A DNA stretch of 64,000 nucleotides from Chrysomallon squamiferum (Eukaryota > Animalia > Mollusca). A program made the position numbers and the translations under genes. The notes under the pieces are model-generated. The model made no database searches, was not told the DNA's origin, and worked only from the letters and a program-made list of their open reading frames with translations. The first letter of the stretch is position 1; the number at the start of each line of letters is the position of its first letter. The DNA lies in the NCBI GenBank assembly GCA_012295275.1, contig CM022678.1:13826001-13890000 (forward strand), in the 5' to 3' direction. Positions 26,726-40,600 of this stretch are shown one piece after another.

Positions 26726-29362
26726 GTGGCTGGAAAAAAGGCACAAAATGTATGGATTTGCAGAGTATTGAATGTATGCACAGGGTAATTTTAAAGCTTA
26801 TGGATTAGGCTAAATTAAAGACAGAGGCTTCATATTTGCAGGGGTGGTGACTTGTTACACTTTTTAATAGTCTCAGTTAGGCAGGATTAGTTCTAGCTTA
26901 CTGATTAGGATAGATTTGAACTAAGGGCTTATAAATGATATACAAAATGTCCCAGGTTAAAATGTGTTTCACTATATATTCTCCAGCTTGCTCTAGTATC
27001 AGAAGTATGTTTAATATGGAAATTATTCATAGCAATAAGGGTGGTAACAAAATCTGTTTTGAGGTGTTCATGTATACCAAACATGCAATTCACAAAACAA
27101 AGCTATGGTGGAATTGCATCAAAAGATCTAGTTGTAACTGGCAGAATCTCTCCGTGGTATTGGGTGGAACATCTGCCTAAACCACTAACATTAACAAAAA
27201 ACTCTTACAAAATGTGTTTAATCTATCTTTCATTTCTAATATATTTCTTAATCTTAATTAAAAAATGTGACTTTTTACCTGTGACTTTTCCCTAGAATCA
27301 TATCTATATTGTGACAAGACAATATGTATAGTTTCTGTGTGTGCATGTGTTATATATATATCACTTTCTAGTTCTGATCAGTACAATCTGAATGTAGAAC
27401 ATAAAATTTTACTACTTAGCAAATAGATTTTATGCTGAAACCTTACTTTGAAACAGCTAATCTGATCTATTCAACAATGATAATAATGGAGATTAATGTG
27501 TTTGACATTTTGCTGTTTTTAAACATGAATAAGATAAAAAAAATCAATCATCTATATAAACTCTTAATATTTACTAAATTACTAAAATAATCTTTATTTA
27601 TTATAACAATTAATGTTAAAAAATATATCAAGGTTCATTTTAATGAACATTTTTTCCTAATCTGTTAGACAGAAAAATAATCATGACCTACAGAAAACTT
27701 CACAAAACAATTCTGGAACAGTCATGCATATTTAATTGCCACCTCAGCAACAAAGATACAGTAAACAGAATAGTGTTTAAGCTGTATCATGTTGCCCACC
27801 TTGAAATGTCTGATTCATACGGAATAATCAGCACAGATCATAAAATATTCAAACACAAACTGGATTATACTCATAACATGGCTGTTGTCACAGCACCCAG
27901 TCTCAACAGCTATGCAGTGGACTGCAGCACTGTTGTCACAATACTTTCTAATACTTTCTAATCTACTCAGTAACTTCAAGCAACTGCTCCATATGTGGTT
28001 TATCATGTATGTTCTTTCCTGTCTTTGCATAAAAGTAGATCATGTGATTCTAATTAGCAAATATTTCTGTTAAATTTAAAATTATAAGCTAACCTCTGGC
28101 ATTTTGTATCACAATTGAAATTTATATACAATGATATATTGATAAAACTGCTTTTTGTTAAAACCTAAATCAATGCTATACAAAAATATCACTATTATTT
28201 ATTAAATATGTTTTAATTTATCATTCCAAACAGTACTTCAATTTAGAATTGTAAAAATGTTAAATTATTAAGTTAAAATAAATATTGCCAATTCATTTCA
28301 AAACCACAGTTCTTTCACTGTCAAAACACACAACACATTTGAACTAGGCATTATAAAAGCATATAAATATTTAAAATTTCTTTTGCTCATATCATCCAAG
28401 TTATTTTTTTCTGTATGAGTAAAATGAGCAATACAGAATATTTGATACAAATTTCAGTAAACTACAACAAAGACTGACTGATACAGTAAAGTAACTCATA
28501 CTAACAGGCACTGCCATCAACAAACCAGAATAAAGAAACCATCAACTGCTCTTACCCAGACGTAATTAGTCTTAATCATAATAGAGAAAAATACTGATCC
28601 TGTAACATGTGATGCTTGGGGAGGGGGGGCATTTTCAACTGTGTACCATTTACCATTGTTTTGTTACTAAATCACTTAAAAACAAATGGAAATCACTAGA
28701 AATGAGAGTAGCTATCCATCCAGCTCAGAATCAGTAATCAACTACGAAATCAATATTTTGTGAATATTCAAAATATCTTGTATGATTGTATTTGCAAATA
28801 ATTTAAAAAAAAAGAAACCTAAAAAATGTCTATTAATTTTGTATGTAACTAGACAAAAATATTATCATACACTCTGATACAGAGATTACTATAGTAACAG
28901 AGAATTAAGTGTTAAATTCTTTTAATGCCTCATAAGTGTTTTTGCTTAACAAAAATATAAAAAAATTATTATTTAAATTCAGAATTATTAAAAAAGGTCA
29001 TACCTAAAACAAAATATGTCATTTCAGTTTTACTACCATTTTTCATAATTATTTAGTTGGAAAAGAAAAAATATATATACCTACATGGATTAGTCTTAAT
29101 TGTAATGATTTCAGGGCTCTGGATATTTTGATATCTGCACCCTAGCTCTCGTTCACAGTTTCATCCAATAACATTAAAAATTAATATCTGATTCTTGACA
29201 ATTTAATTCCACTCATGGAATTTTTACATTTTATTTCATTTTTATTTTTATTATTTGTCACTCTAATATTTTTTGAATATCTAAAATTAGTGAAGTGGCA
29301 AACTCCCCTTTACCATGTGGTGAACCAGGGTAACTGTCTGATTTGCAGATATCTTCACTGCT

Positions 29363-29404
<42 letters not shown>

Positions 29405-32400
29405 TGTCTACAAAAAGCGCTGGCATATATGGATGACGGTATGGACAGACAGACACACTGCTTTACTTGCTTACAATATTTCAACAGAAAACATTGTACT
29501 TTGTAAAACTAAAATTCTTAATTTACACCGTAGTTTTATGAGATGAAACTATATTGCATTCTGAAAATACCTAGTTAGTTTTATCTGTTTTATGCATATA
29601 AAAAGATTTAATAAGAAGAATTATGTTTTATCTCACAGTAGAGATATGCTGCGTAAATTATCACTTCATCTTAAAGGTGGATTAATGTTTAAATAAAACT
29701 TAGATTAAATAAGGTAAACTCAGAAAATGTCATATTAAGAAACTAACACCTGACCTTAGATATATATAAGTAAACATACATTCCACAATAGGATTAACAG
29801 TTGTATAAAATCAGAATCCTTTCCTTAATAATATCCAATCTAAGTGTTAAGATATTTCTCTTACTTTAGATTATATCTGTTTGGTATACATAATTACCAT
29901 ATATATATATATATAAAAATGTATATATTCATTAAAATGTCACCTTAAGTTGTTGGTTGGTTCTCTTAAGGAACTGGATTTCCTCTGTGTGTTTCTTTTC
30001 CTCAACTTGCCTCTGTTCTGCTGCTCTCTTTTCTATCTGCTCACACTTTGCTTTCAATTCATTGACATTCTTCTCCAAGTCTCGTTTCTCCTGTTCCAGT
30101 TCAGTGATCTACAAAACAAAACAGCAAGGCTACATATCATGTTTACATTATGAACATATACAACAACAAAATAAATAAATTATTATAATAATAATGATGA
30201 TGATTATAATTTATTAAAGCATAACTATGATAATAATTCATTAAAAAAATAATTATGATGATGAATAAATTTGGAATAAATGGCATATGTAACCAAAGAT
30301 ATAAACAAATAATAGCTAAATTTTATTACTGTTAGTTCTAATTTAATGGCTGAAATCAAATTTCCTTTCCCTATAACTTTTTGTTCCATTATAAACATTA
30401 AAAAGATAACAAAAAATTGTTTTTATACAATATAGAAATTGTTAAATACAAAGGCCATGAAACATTAAGTAATCTGTTTAATGTTTTGAGCAATATCCAT
30501 GTCCTGTATTCTAAAAACAACAAATTAGTATAAGAGAAATGCTTTGAGTACAAAATAAACATTCATGCAGTACAGTAAAACAATAAAGTACACCTGCAGA
30601 GAAGATCATAAAAATACAAGATCAAACATCATTCATTAACAAGTTACTGTATTTCTTAATGTACAGCAAAGATGTTTAAAATACAATCGTGCTTTAAAAG
30701 ATCTCAAAATTAATTCTATCTCATATAATTCTTTTTTATAATTATGTCTTCAGTAACAGGATTATTGATTCTACATCTATTTTCATTTTAATATGACTTA
30801 ATATATCTCAGCTAAATAGTTCTAATTACTAACATTAGTAAGAGCCATGAAAACATATGTATTGTATTGTCAGAAAAATATTTCATTTAAATGATTTGTA
30901 GCTTTCACTCATTTCAGATATAAAAAGATGTCTGTTTCACTGAGATTGATTGAAAATTAAAAATAAATAAATAAAAAACATTTCAATAAAACCAATATTA
31001 GAGGTTTGAAATGTTTCAGAAGAATAAACATTAATTTTGGTTATAATTACGAATATCACTCATGGTAGCTAAACATGAAACATGTCATTCACCATAGTTA
31101 AACTGAAAATTAAAAAAAACCAGAACCATCTACATTTCTTTTATTAACAATTGATTTTAGTTTTTAAACTTATCTGAACAATTATAATATATATACAAAA
31201 TTCTTCATGGATATATTTCAGTTAAAAAATTATCTATTAATAATAACCATATATATAAACATGCAAGAACTATTGTTATTCATTTTTGAGACACAATTTT
31301 CAAGTGTTAATTGATATCATTATAAATTATTAATAATTACAATATTTTGTTAACTTTGACAAAAATTGGTGTTGTAAACTAATGTTACTTTCAGCCAATG
31401 AATTTTCATTCATTGGCTGAAAGTAAAAATGGCCCAAACTAAAAATGTGGATGTGAAAAATGTTCAAGACCAGTAAACTTGATAAAACTGTGGCATAAAA
31501 TCAGTTTGTAAATCATGCCTGTTAATTCAGCTGTATGTCACACATGCTGAGTCTGCTGCTAGCTAATAAATTTTCTTTTTTTTTTTTTTACTATTACTAC
31601 GTGATACATACTATCAGTACAAAAACACCAATATAAATAAATTTACAAAATATACAATATTATTCAATAAATAACTTTGAAATATAGATTTTAAATTAAA
31701 CAAAATTACATCTAAAATAAAAACTGATATTTACTTTATATATATATTTGTAAATTAAGGTTTATGTATATTTTATTTTTAAATTAATATAAATTTTCAA
31801 AAATGCAAAAGTGTTTTAATGTCTGAAAAGTTTTCAAACCATGCAGTCAATTATAAGCAGATAATGTCTCTAGCTTTGTGAGAGTCAAAAGTGTCATAAA
31901 AATGTGGGAGGGGGAAGAAAATTTAAAAAAATTTAGTTATTTTCACCCTGGCAGCAGATATCCCTCTCTGCACATACTGCCATCCAAAAAGAGGCCAAAA
32001 ATGACAGCAAAAATGGAAAAATAAATCTAAATATTCATTTCTTTATTCAAATTTATTAAGTATTTAAATTCTTCAAAATCTGCATCATTTCCTTCCATAC
32101 ATTTTAATTACTGAAAATAGTCTTAAAATTCATGTTACTTTACTTACTAGCAACTTGCAACTGTTAACTGAATAAAATTATGTAATATTAATTAAGCATA
32201 ACCCAACCCTCCACCATACCCTTCACCCCTAAAAATTTCCATTTCCAACCTTGGAAATTGAAACATGCCTTTTTTTGGTTTTAAACTGTAACACCATTCA
32301 AGTTTTACTGGTCATGAAATAACTAATGTAAAACACTCAATAAATCAGTGTGCATAATTGTGTTTATATCTTTTGTCTGTTTGTTGCTGTTTTTTTAAAT

Positions 32401-33912
32401 ATAATTATGTCAAAATAAAATAAATCTGTAACACAATATTTATTATAGTTAGTAAATAGGTCATGAAACAGAACTTTGGAGTGTAACTGTAGGTCTAACA
32501 ACAGTCACTTTTGTTAGAATAAAACTTAATGTATACTTTTAAAAAAGTAAAATAAAATGACAAGTAAAGCAAACTATACTGAAAATATCCAGTGCAGTGA
32601 ATCAGTTTACCTTCTTTTCCATGTTGGCTTTGCCTTGTTCTGCTTGAAGAGCTTTGCGCATTCCAAATGCTACACTGCTCTCATACAGAGTCTGATATGC
32701 TGCGATTGTCATTCGAATCTCATCTCGCACTCGAAGCAACAAGAGACCACGTTCAGCACAGTTAATTGTCACCTGACGAATTAGTTCATCTTTAAACATA
32801 AAAGAAAATTTTAAACATAATTGACTTATCACTTTAAAAAATAATCAACTTGAAACTCATTATATTTTTGTCAAATCTTTTTGTTTATTCTGTATCTTTT
32901 GATTTTCTTACCTTCAGATTATTATCATTAAACAGTTATAATTGATTTTATTATTGAATAAATATACTAAATTTCAATTTAATATTAATTAATGTAAAAT
33001 TTCTTTAAAGAAGCACGCTATATTGTATCAGACAATTAGTTTTGTACAATGAAAAGAAACCTGATATTTTTACTCTGTGGTCTAATGTTATTAATTAACA
33101 TAAGGAATCTTTTTTATGTACCTTCTCAAAGACAGGAAAGGACAGACCAGACCCAATGATAAACCAGCCATAAAGTATTAGGTAGAAAGGAAAAGGCAGT
33201 CATACTGATACACATTAGAATAATTAACTTCTCACCAAAGCATTGAGAATAGAGTTCTCGTCTGACAGGACAGATTCCAGTTTCTCTTGCTTGTCTCTGC
33301 TGAAGTCTGCGATCAAGTTCTTCTTGCAGATTGACCACATCAAGACGTGTTGCTGGAGTACTGGACACTTGCTGGACCCACAGCTGACCATTTTCAGTCC
33401 ACTCTCTATTAAAAACACACAAAAAAATAACTTTAAAACAAATAAACAGTTATAAGAATAAATAAAATAACCGAGAGAGTTTGAAAAAATAGGGGAAAAA
33501 AAATAAAAATAAATAAAACAACTCCCACACCATTCAATTTGAAAAAAAAAAGAGATAAATTAATTAAATATGATAATCATTATAATGTATTCTAGTATAT
33601 GAATTAAAAATATTTTATAAGTTACAAATAAAGCTTCTAACCAACATTTGCACATGATAAAGTTGACTAAGAACTGTTATTGTGTGAATTGTTGAGTTAC
33701 CTTGGAGGCAATATAGAATTGAGTATTTCATCAGTCTGTTGTGCTGCTTTTGCATCAACTGGAGCTAGCTTTTGTTTTGCTGGTGGATTTGGAACTGGGC
33801 CTGTTCCTGTTGGAGGAGTGGGACTTACTTTCAGAGCTCGAGCCTACCAAAAGTAAACAAAATTAAAAAATAAATTAATTTATATAATATTATCAGCTAA
33901 ACATAAATTAAA

Positions 33913-33943
<31 letters not shown>

Positions 33944-34385
33944 GTTGTTTTAATTATTATTTCAAAATGATAAACAGTGAGTAATGTTGCTGCAAATAAA
34001 AGATCTTTTCAAAAAAAAAAAAACATTCTTTAAAAATATACATTATGCCGTGAATTTTCAGTTGATGAAATAAAGTTGTATTCTTCCATTTGTTTCTAAC
34101 ATATCATAATATTTAAAATGTGTATGTATGTGCGTGTGTGTATGTATGTATGTGTGTGTATATTTGCGTGTGTATGTGCGTATAAACTGATGGAATTAAA
34201 TTGCTGATATACACATCCAATAATTAAAGCACGGAATAAGAAATACGGTGGAATCATATAATAATAACAAATGTTCTGAACAAACTGAAAGTCAAATAAC
34301 TTACCCTTGGTGTCTTTTTATCTGTATTTCTGCTAACCAGCACAGGGTTATCATATTTAACAAGAGAAGCATTTGGCGGGATCAT
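24020..34385 (-). CDS. DNALI1: Axonemal dynein light intermediate chain 1 (p28), 257 aa, 6 exons
   Basis: Exons 34385-34305, 33843-33701, 33405-33236, 32789-32611, 30108-29944, 24055-24020 (774 nt, GT-AG, phases consistent). MIPPNASLVKYDNPVLVS...QARETGICPVRRELYSQCFDELIRQVTINCAERGLLLLRVRDEIRMTIAAYQTLYESSVAFGMRKAL...QLEGIIAPKK* closely matches known DNALI1. Confidence 0.97.
26673..26723. repeat. (CA)n microsatellite
   Basis: Directly visible; others at about 2605-2651 and 29365-29400. Confidence 0.9.
31385..31426. repeat. Perfect 19-bp inverted repeat with a 4-nt loop
   Basis: TTACTTTCAGCCAATGAAT-TTTC-ATTCATTGGCTGAAAGTAA. Confidence 0.9.
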
Positions 34386-34665
34386 TATGAATACCTGGTT
34401 TGGACAACTTCTCACTAAAAACTACAAAACAGAATATAAACACAGAAAGAGATTGTGCTTTCTTGCTGCTATGACAACATTATTTAACGCATGCGCATTT
34501 TATGGAAAAGGACAGTTCCGATATGGAAACAAACGAATGATATAAAGTCACTCGGAATACATCGTTCATTTCCGTTACAGACGATTGAACCTCGTTTATC
34601 TAAGTCCATAGCAATTTTTAAACAAAATTAATAATCAACTTTCGTTTTTCAAGACTATTTACAAT
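34386..34665. promoter_or_regulatory. Bidirectional DNALI1/EMC2 promoter with X-box-like, forkhead-like and NRF1-like motifs
   Basis: 280 nt between divergent ATGs, locally CpG-rich. Motifs: TAAACA 34437-34442, GCTGCTATGACAAC 34465-34478, CGCATGCGCA 34488-34497. Confidence 0.7.
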
Positions 34666-37600
34666 ATGGCGCGGCGAATAAATTGGGAAGGTTTGTCGTT
34701 TCTGTCTAATCAAGTAAACAGTGATTAATAGTGCTTCTTTGTACATAAAATCTTAGAACTCTTTGTTAGTATCCCCTCATGATTAGTAATATTTTATTAA
34801 TAAAAGTGACTGAACATAAGGCTAATTTTTAGTATTTTTTGGACAGAATTAGAATACTGAATTCAGAATTGTGAATACAGAATTATTATTATGAGATTGA
34901 GAATAGTTCAATAGGCTATTCCATTCGCGAAAATCAGGTCAAAATATAATTAATACTAATAATTATAATAGTAATAATAATCCAGTTCTTCCTAAATGTA
35001 GCTTAAATGAAAATCTTTCCTTTTTGTTACAGCAGTGAAATACTTCCACCCACTAAATTGTGACTAAAGTGTAGTAAAGAGATATTTAATTTTGAAAGTC
35101 GGTAATTCACTAATACAGTAAATTGAGTAATACTAATACTGTAATAGGTAATTTAGTAATTAATTGGTATTGTATGATTGTTGTTTTTGTGCAAAACCCC
35201 ATTCACTATTCAGCCATTGAATGGAAATGTATAAAGTATACTGTGTAGGAATATAACATTAACAGGTCTGCAACTTTGAACTTGCAGTGCAAAACTCTTT
35301 TGTAGTTTTGAGCAGAATTTCATAGAATTTTTATCTTCATAATGTTCTTCTTTTCTCATACATTTTAATAAAACGTAACTAAAAGGAAAATTATTTATAA
35401 TGCTGAAACGAATAGGCAACTGATAGTGATAAGCAATATTTATCTCCATTGGTGGTAATACTGGTATTTATTGTAAAACGGTGTCATAGCTCAGTCAGTT
35501 GTTAAGGTCTTAACAAACATTTTGTAGTTTTTTGAATGTGTTAATAAGCTATATTATGAATATATGATTAGGTGAGATTCTGAGAATCTCATGTTTCAAT
35601 TTTTAATGCAAGAGGTCACTTCTTGTGGAGTGGCTCGCATACAAAGCATCTGAAAATGTTACATATTAATGATATTTGTAGCTGAGTCAGTAGCAAATGA
35701 GGTAACAACACCCCCACAAATCAGTGATTATTTCAAATAAATAAAAAGACATTCAGAACATTTACATCTTTTCTATGATGCAAGTTGTTACACATTCAAA
35801 GTACCTACTAATTACAAAATAACCACCAGAGCTTTAATGCAAAGATTTTAAATATTCTTAACATTATACTTTATTTGTTCCTTCTCAGCCACACTGGAAG
35901 TTTACATTATTATATTGCTTTTATAGATTTGTGGTTTTATTAAATACTAAATACAGACAGTAGAGGCCATCCATGACTGATAAATAACAATTTTGTAACT
36001 AATAATGATATTTATAGATATTTTCTGAATTATTTCATTTGTGTTACTAGTGGTAAAAAATTTATTTCAAGACATCATTAGAAAAGGTATCTTCTACATG
36101 AAATAAACATTTTTATTGTTACAATTATTATGATATAGATTATGGTGAACTCTGCAGTTTGTAAACCATATGTTTGTCTGATGCAGTGCATGTCATGGTA
36201 GTAAATCTTTGTTGCAAATATTTATCTTTCTATCAGTGTTCGAGGATTATCAAAGATTGTGTTTTATTGAAACTAACAGATCGCAGCAGATTTGTGCATG
36301 ATAGTCATCATACGGACAGGGTAACAAGGAATAAATAAAAATTGAAATCATCAGTGTTAATTGATATATAATTCCATGCATATTAATTAGAAATTAATAA
36401 TCTGATTTATTTGTATTTCAGAGGCTCGAAGGATTTTGCGGAAGTTGCGTGAAGAGCAGGTTCGAGATGGAGACATGGTTGTACAACTGTGGGAAAATGT
36501 TCTCATTGACTACACACATAAACTTGGGGACGAGTGTAAGATTTTTATTATATATAAAATTTAATATGTGACAATCACCATAAAAAGAAGTTGGTTATCA
36601 AGGTGAAACATATTAACAGCATACTGTTTCACTAAACTTTATTGTCAGTCACTGACAATTTCATTCTATTTTAACCTGGCATTAAAATGAGATATCAAAA
36701 AAAAAGTAATAATCAGTGATGAATGAATTGCATTCTGACACAGGAACTGAAAATGATGAAAAACAGAGTAATATATAGCAGAAAAAAAAGAAGGTGAATA
36801 ATTAATATAAATTTATTTTATTATTTCAAACATTTCTGCATGCTGAGATTTATAGATATGATACTTGTTTATGCAGCAGATTGCATTCTGTCAGTTCTGT
36901 TTTTTCTCATGTTTTTCCTAAACTAGCAAAAGACAATGTAAATAATATTCACAGGTTAACTGTCTTTTAACCAGCATTTTTTCTGGGAATATCATAAATA
37001 GTCTGCAGTTTCTATAGAAAACATCCAATGATCATCCAGATCATAACTCACATGCTAAGTCATGCTTTAAGCAGTTAAAAAATAAATAAAAACTCTAAAA
37101 TATTATCATTTATTATGATATTGTGATACGAATTACAGTGCTAAAATAAGGTACAAAATAATTATTTTTAAAAACAGATACTTGAAGTAGGTCAACATTA
37201 GTGATAGTTTTCTTGCAGATTTGTTTTTTCTTTTTTGTATAATCACCTAATTAGCTTGTTTGCATATGTTGAACTCATTAGTGTTTTATGCATTATTAGC
37301 AGCTTAGGAAATAGGAATAAGAATACTGATTGTTCATTACAATGCCCACTTATATAATCAGACTTGTAGAAAACAAAAATGTGACTAACTCACTAAGATA
37401 AGAAATAAAAACCTATTATTGCACAGATTACAAAAACATTTAATATTTTTTCAGTGTGTATTTAAAAAACCCATTGCATATTTAGTTGTGAAGTTGTTTA
37501 CAGTCTAGAGCCTCGTTAGTGATTGTTATATTGTCAGCTTAAAGCAAAACAAAATCTGTGACATTCCAAATCACTTTTGGAAAGGTATTACATGATATGG

Positions 37601-40600
37601 TAAGATTTTCTAGAAAAATGTGAAACCAGAAAAGGGTCATGACAAAAATACTATGTCTACTGATTATTGTTTAGCTTTAACATTAAAACTGATGATACAT
37701 TTCTTTTTTGGTCATGTAAAAATACATGTATGATGTTCAGACATTCTGGAACACTGTTATAAACTGGATATGTTCCAGAACAAAAGTGAGGCAATAAAGG
37801 CACAAGCACTGAAGCAGTTAAAAAAGTAACTCAGACCATGTTTAAAGAAATGTTAATTGTCAAGCAGTGTGTGTGTATCTCTATGTTGGTCTGTTTTTTT
37901 AAGAATCAATCCAATTCACATATTCACGGTTTTGTTTTTGCTGTCTTGCAGTTACTCCATTCTCACAAGAAGGCTAAAAATTAAAAATTAAAACATTTTT
38001 TGATTCTCTATATTTTCACAAAAATATCCTTTATGAAGCTTTATTTTATTATTATTGTTTTTTTAAAGAGCTGTTTCTGCACTTTCTAATGGACATGAAG
38101 ATTATTCTGGGAGTGTGTTGAAAGACAAACATTTGTTAATCAGAAATGAATTTTGCAATCTATACACTCCCTAAGTAATGAACTGGAATAGGTTGTGGAA
38201 GAAGTATGAGCAGTAAACATGTATTATGAGACATAACTTCATCAATAATAGAATGAAGCAATATAAACAGCATTTAAAAAATAAAAAAACACTGAGCTCC
38301 AGATTTAAAAAAATGCATTTCTGTTTGAGAAAGTTGATTTCAAGAGAGGAATTTGTTATTGCTTTGTTGCAGAAAACATCAAACCAGTTTGTGGTTTGAA
38401 ATATATCTTGTAACATATCTGTACATAGGTCTTTTCATTCTAAACAAAATAATGTTTGAATAATAATTATGCATTTTATTGCATTTCAATATATTGAGAG
38501 AAAATGCTGTCCAGTTTTGTGGCTTAGACTTTTGGTGAGTAAATCAAACTCCACACTGGATAAACCTATAAAAAAAATAAGCAGTATCTGTATCTGTGCA
38601 TTTTCAACCATTTGTGTAAAAATTTGTGAAATATATGAGCTGCCAAAATTAGCATTTTCTCAAAAATATATATTTAAATTTGATTTTAAATATTTTTAAA
38701 AAAAATAAAAATTATGCTTTTTACTGAAAAATTGAAGAATATTATCTTCCATAACTTTTGTGAATTAGAGATAGAAACATTTTTTTTACATTTTTGGTGA
38801 AAAGATTTATAATACCAGAAGAAGAAAAAAAGATGAAATAGAAAAGACTTATTGTTCCAACATTAACTTTTGAGTACAAAATTTCCAAAAGATTTTTATT
38901 TTGATGCTTGTGGAATTGCTTTTGTGCAGAAATATAATCTCATTATTTTACTGAGTAAACCTGAGCAAGTTGAAACACATACATACATATGTATATGTCA
39001 CTATGTGTGTGTGTGTGTGTGTGTGCGCACACACAGCCAAACTTGTTTATAAAAAACACTCAAAGGACCAATAGAATGTGGTAATTAAGGACAGGTGGCC
39101 TTTATTAGAAGTCCCAAATATTCATTTGTGATCTTAATATATTTTCATTAGAAAAATCTCATTAACTGTTATGGCAGTTTGATTTCTGAGTTTAATTCCA
39201 ATACTATAAAGTAAAGTAAAACAACACATTTTAATTAAAGTACATACAATTGCATTTATTAGACCAAATTTCTGCCATAATTGGATTATTTACATGCATT
39301 TTTGAACTAACTAATTCTTATGTAACATGAAGAAAATTGTATATTGGCTTACTTTTTTGGATCATGATTATAAAATTCTAAAAGTTTCAGTCCTGCAGTA
39401 CAGTAAATCAAAAAAATCAGAATCTGAATTTTAATTTCTATATCCACTAAATTAGTACCTCTTAGAGTAAGATGTAATATAAAAATAATATTTTTATTTG
39501 GCAGTGTGGCAAGTGTATGAACAAGTGTGTGTGGCTGCATTAGACTGTAGAAAATTGGATATGGCTGATGTAAGTATTAAAATACTAAAAGTATCATTGG
39601 TGTTACATCAAATGGCTTAATTTTATTTTATGTACATTATACAGTTATTATTTTGTTTCTTGCACCTAATGTTAGCTCTTAATAAAGCATGGTACTAAAA
39701 CAATCTTAAATGGAAGTTGCTGTTGTTTTTACTGTTATTAGTATATAATGTAAAGAAAAATGTAAAATAATCTCCATACATATAGCATTTTCTTATGTCA
39801 CTCAAAAAATAATTTATTATTATTATTATTATTATTTTAAACATTTCTGTATTGGATTATATCTTACTATATAAATTAAAATGATAATTGCTTTTAATTA
39901 TAGTAATTATTTTCATTTTTATATTAAAAAAAACCCACACCATTTCACAGGCATGTATAGAAGCTTTACTGGCACAATTTCCTAAGAGTATTAGAGTGCA
40001 ACGTCTTCAGGGAATGCTTGTTGAAGCAGAAGGAAGGTAAATTCATAATTATTGTTTTCTTGTAAGAATTTTCCATATTCCAGTTGTGTTCAGAAAAATC
40101 AGTTATCTGTCTTTTATGCTGGATTTATATTGCCCTTAATTTAGTAATAAATTGATCATCACTCTTGATTCTGTTTTGTTCGTTTGGTTTTAAAAGCTGA
40201 TTGTTTCAGTGTCTACATAAACTGAATATATTATTCACTACACTTCAGTATTAACGAGATTTAATTTTTAGATATGAAAAAGCAGAAGAGATCTATACAT
40301 CCATTCTGGAAGAAGATCCCACAAACATGGTAATCATTTAAAATATTCAGATAAAATATGAATAATTAAGTCTAGGGAAATTTATCTTATTTGTTGTAAG
40401 GGAAAGAGAATTTTTTGGTAGATGTTATATTTTATTAATTATTAATAGTGCTTATTGGTGGTATTAAATTGTGTAAAATGCAATAATTCATTTTCAAGAC
40501 TATTTTGAAAAATCAGCTTCATATTAAATGACTTATAAAATTGTTTCAGTTTGTTCGAAAACGTCAAGTTGCTATTCTAAAAGCACAGGGAAAGTATTCT

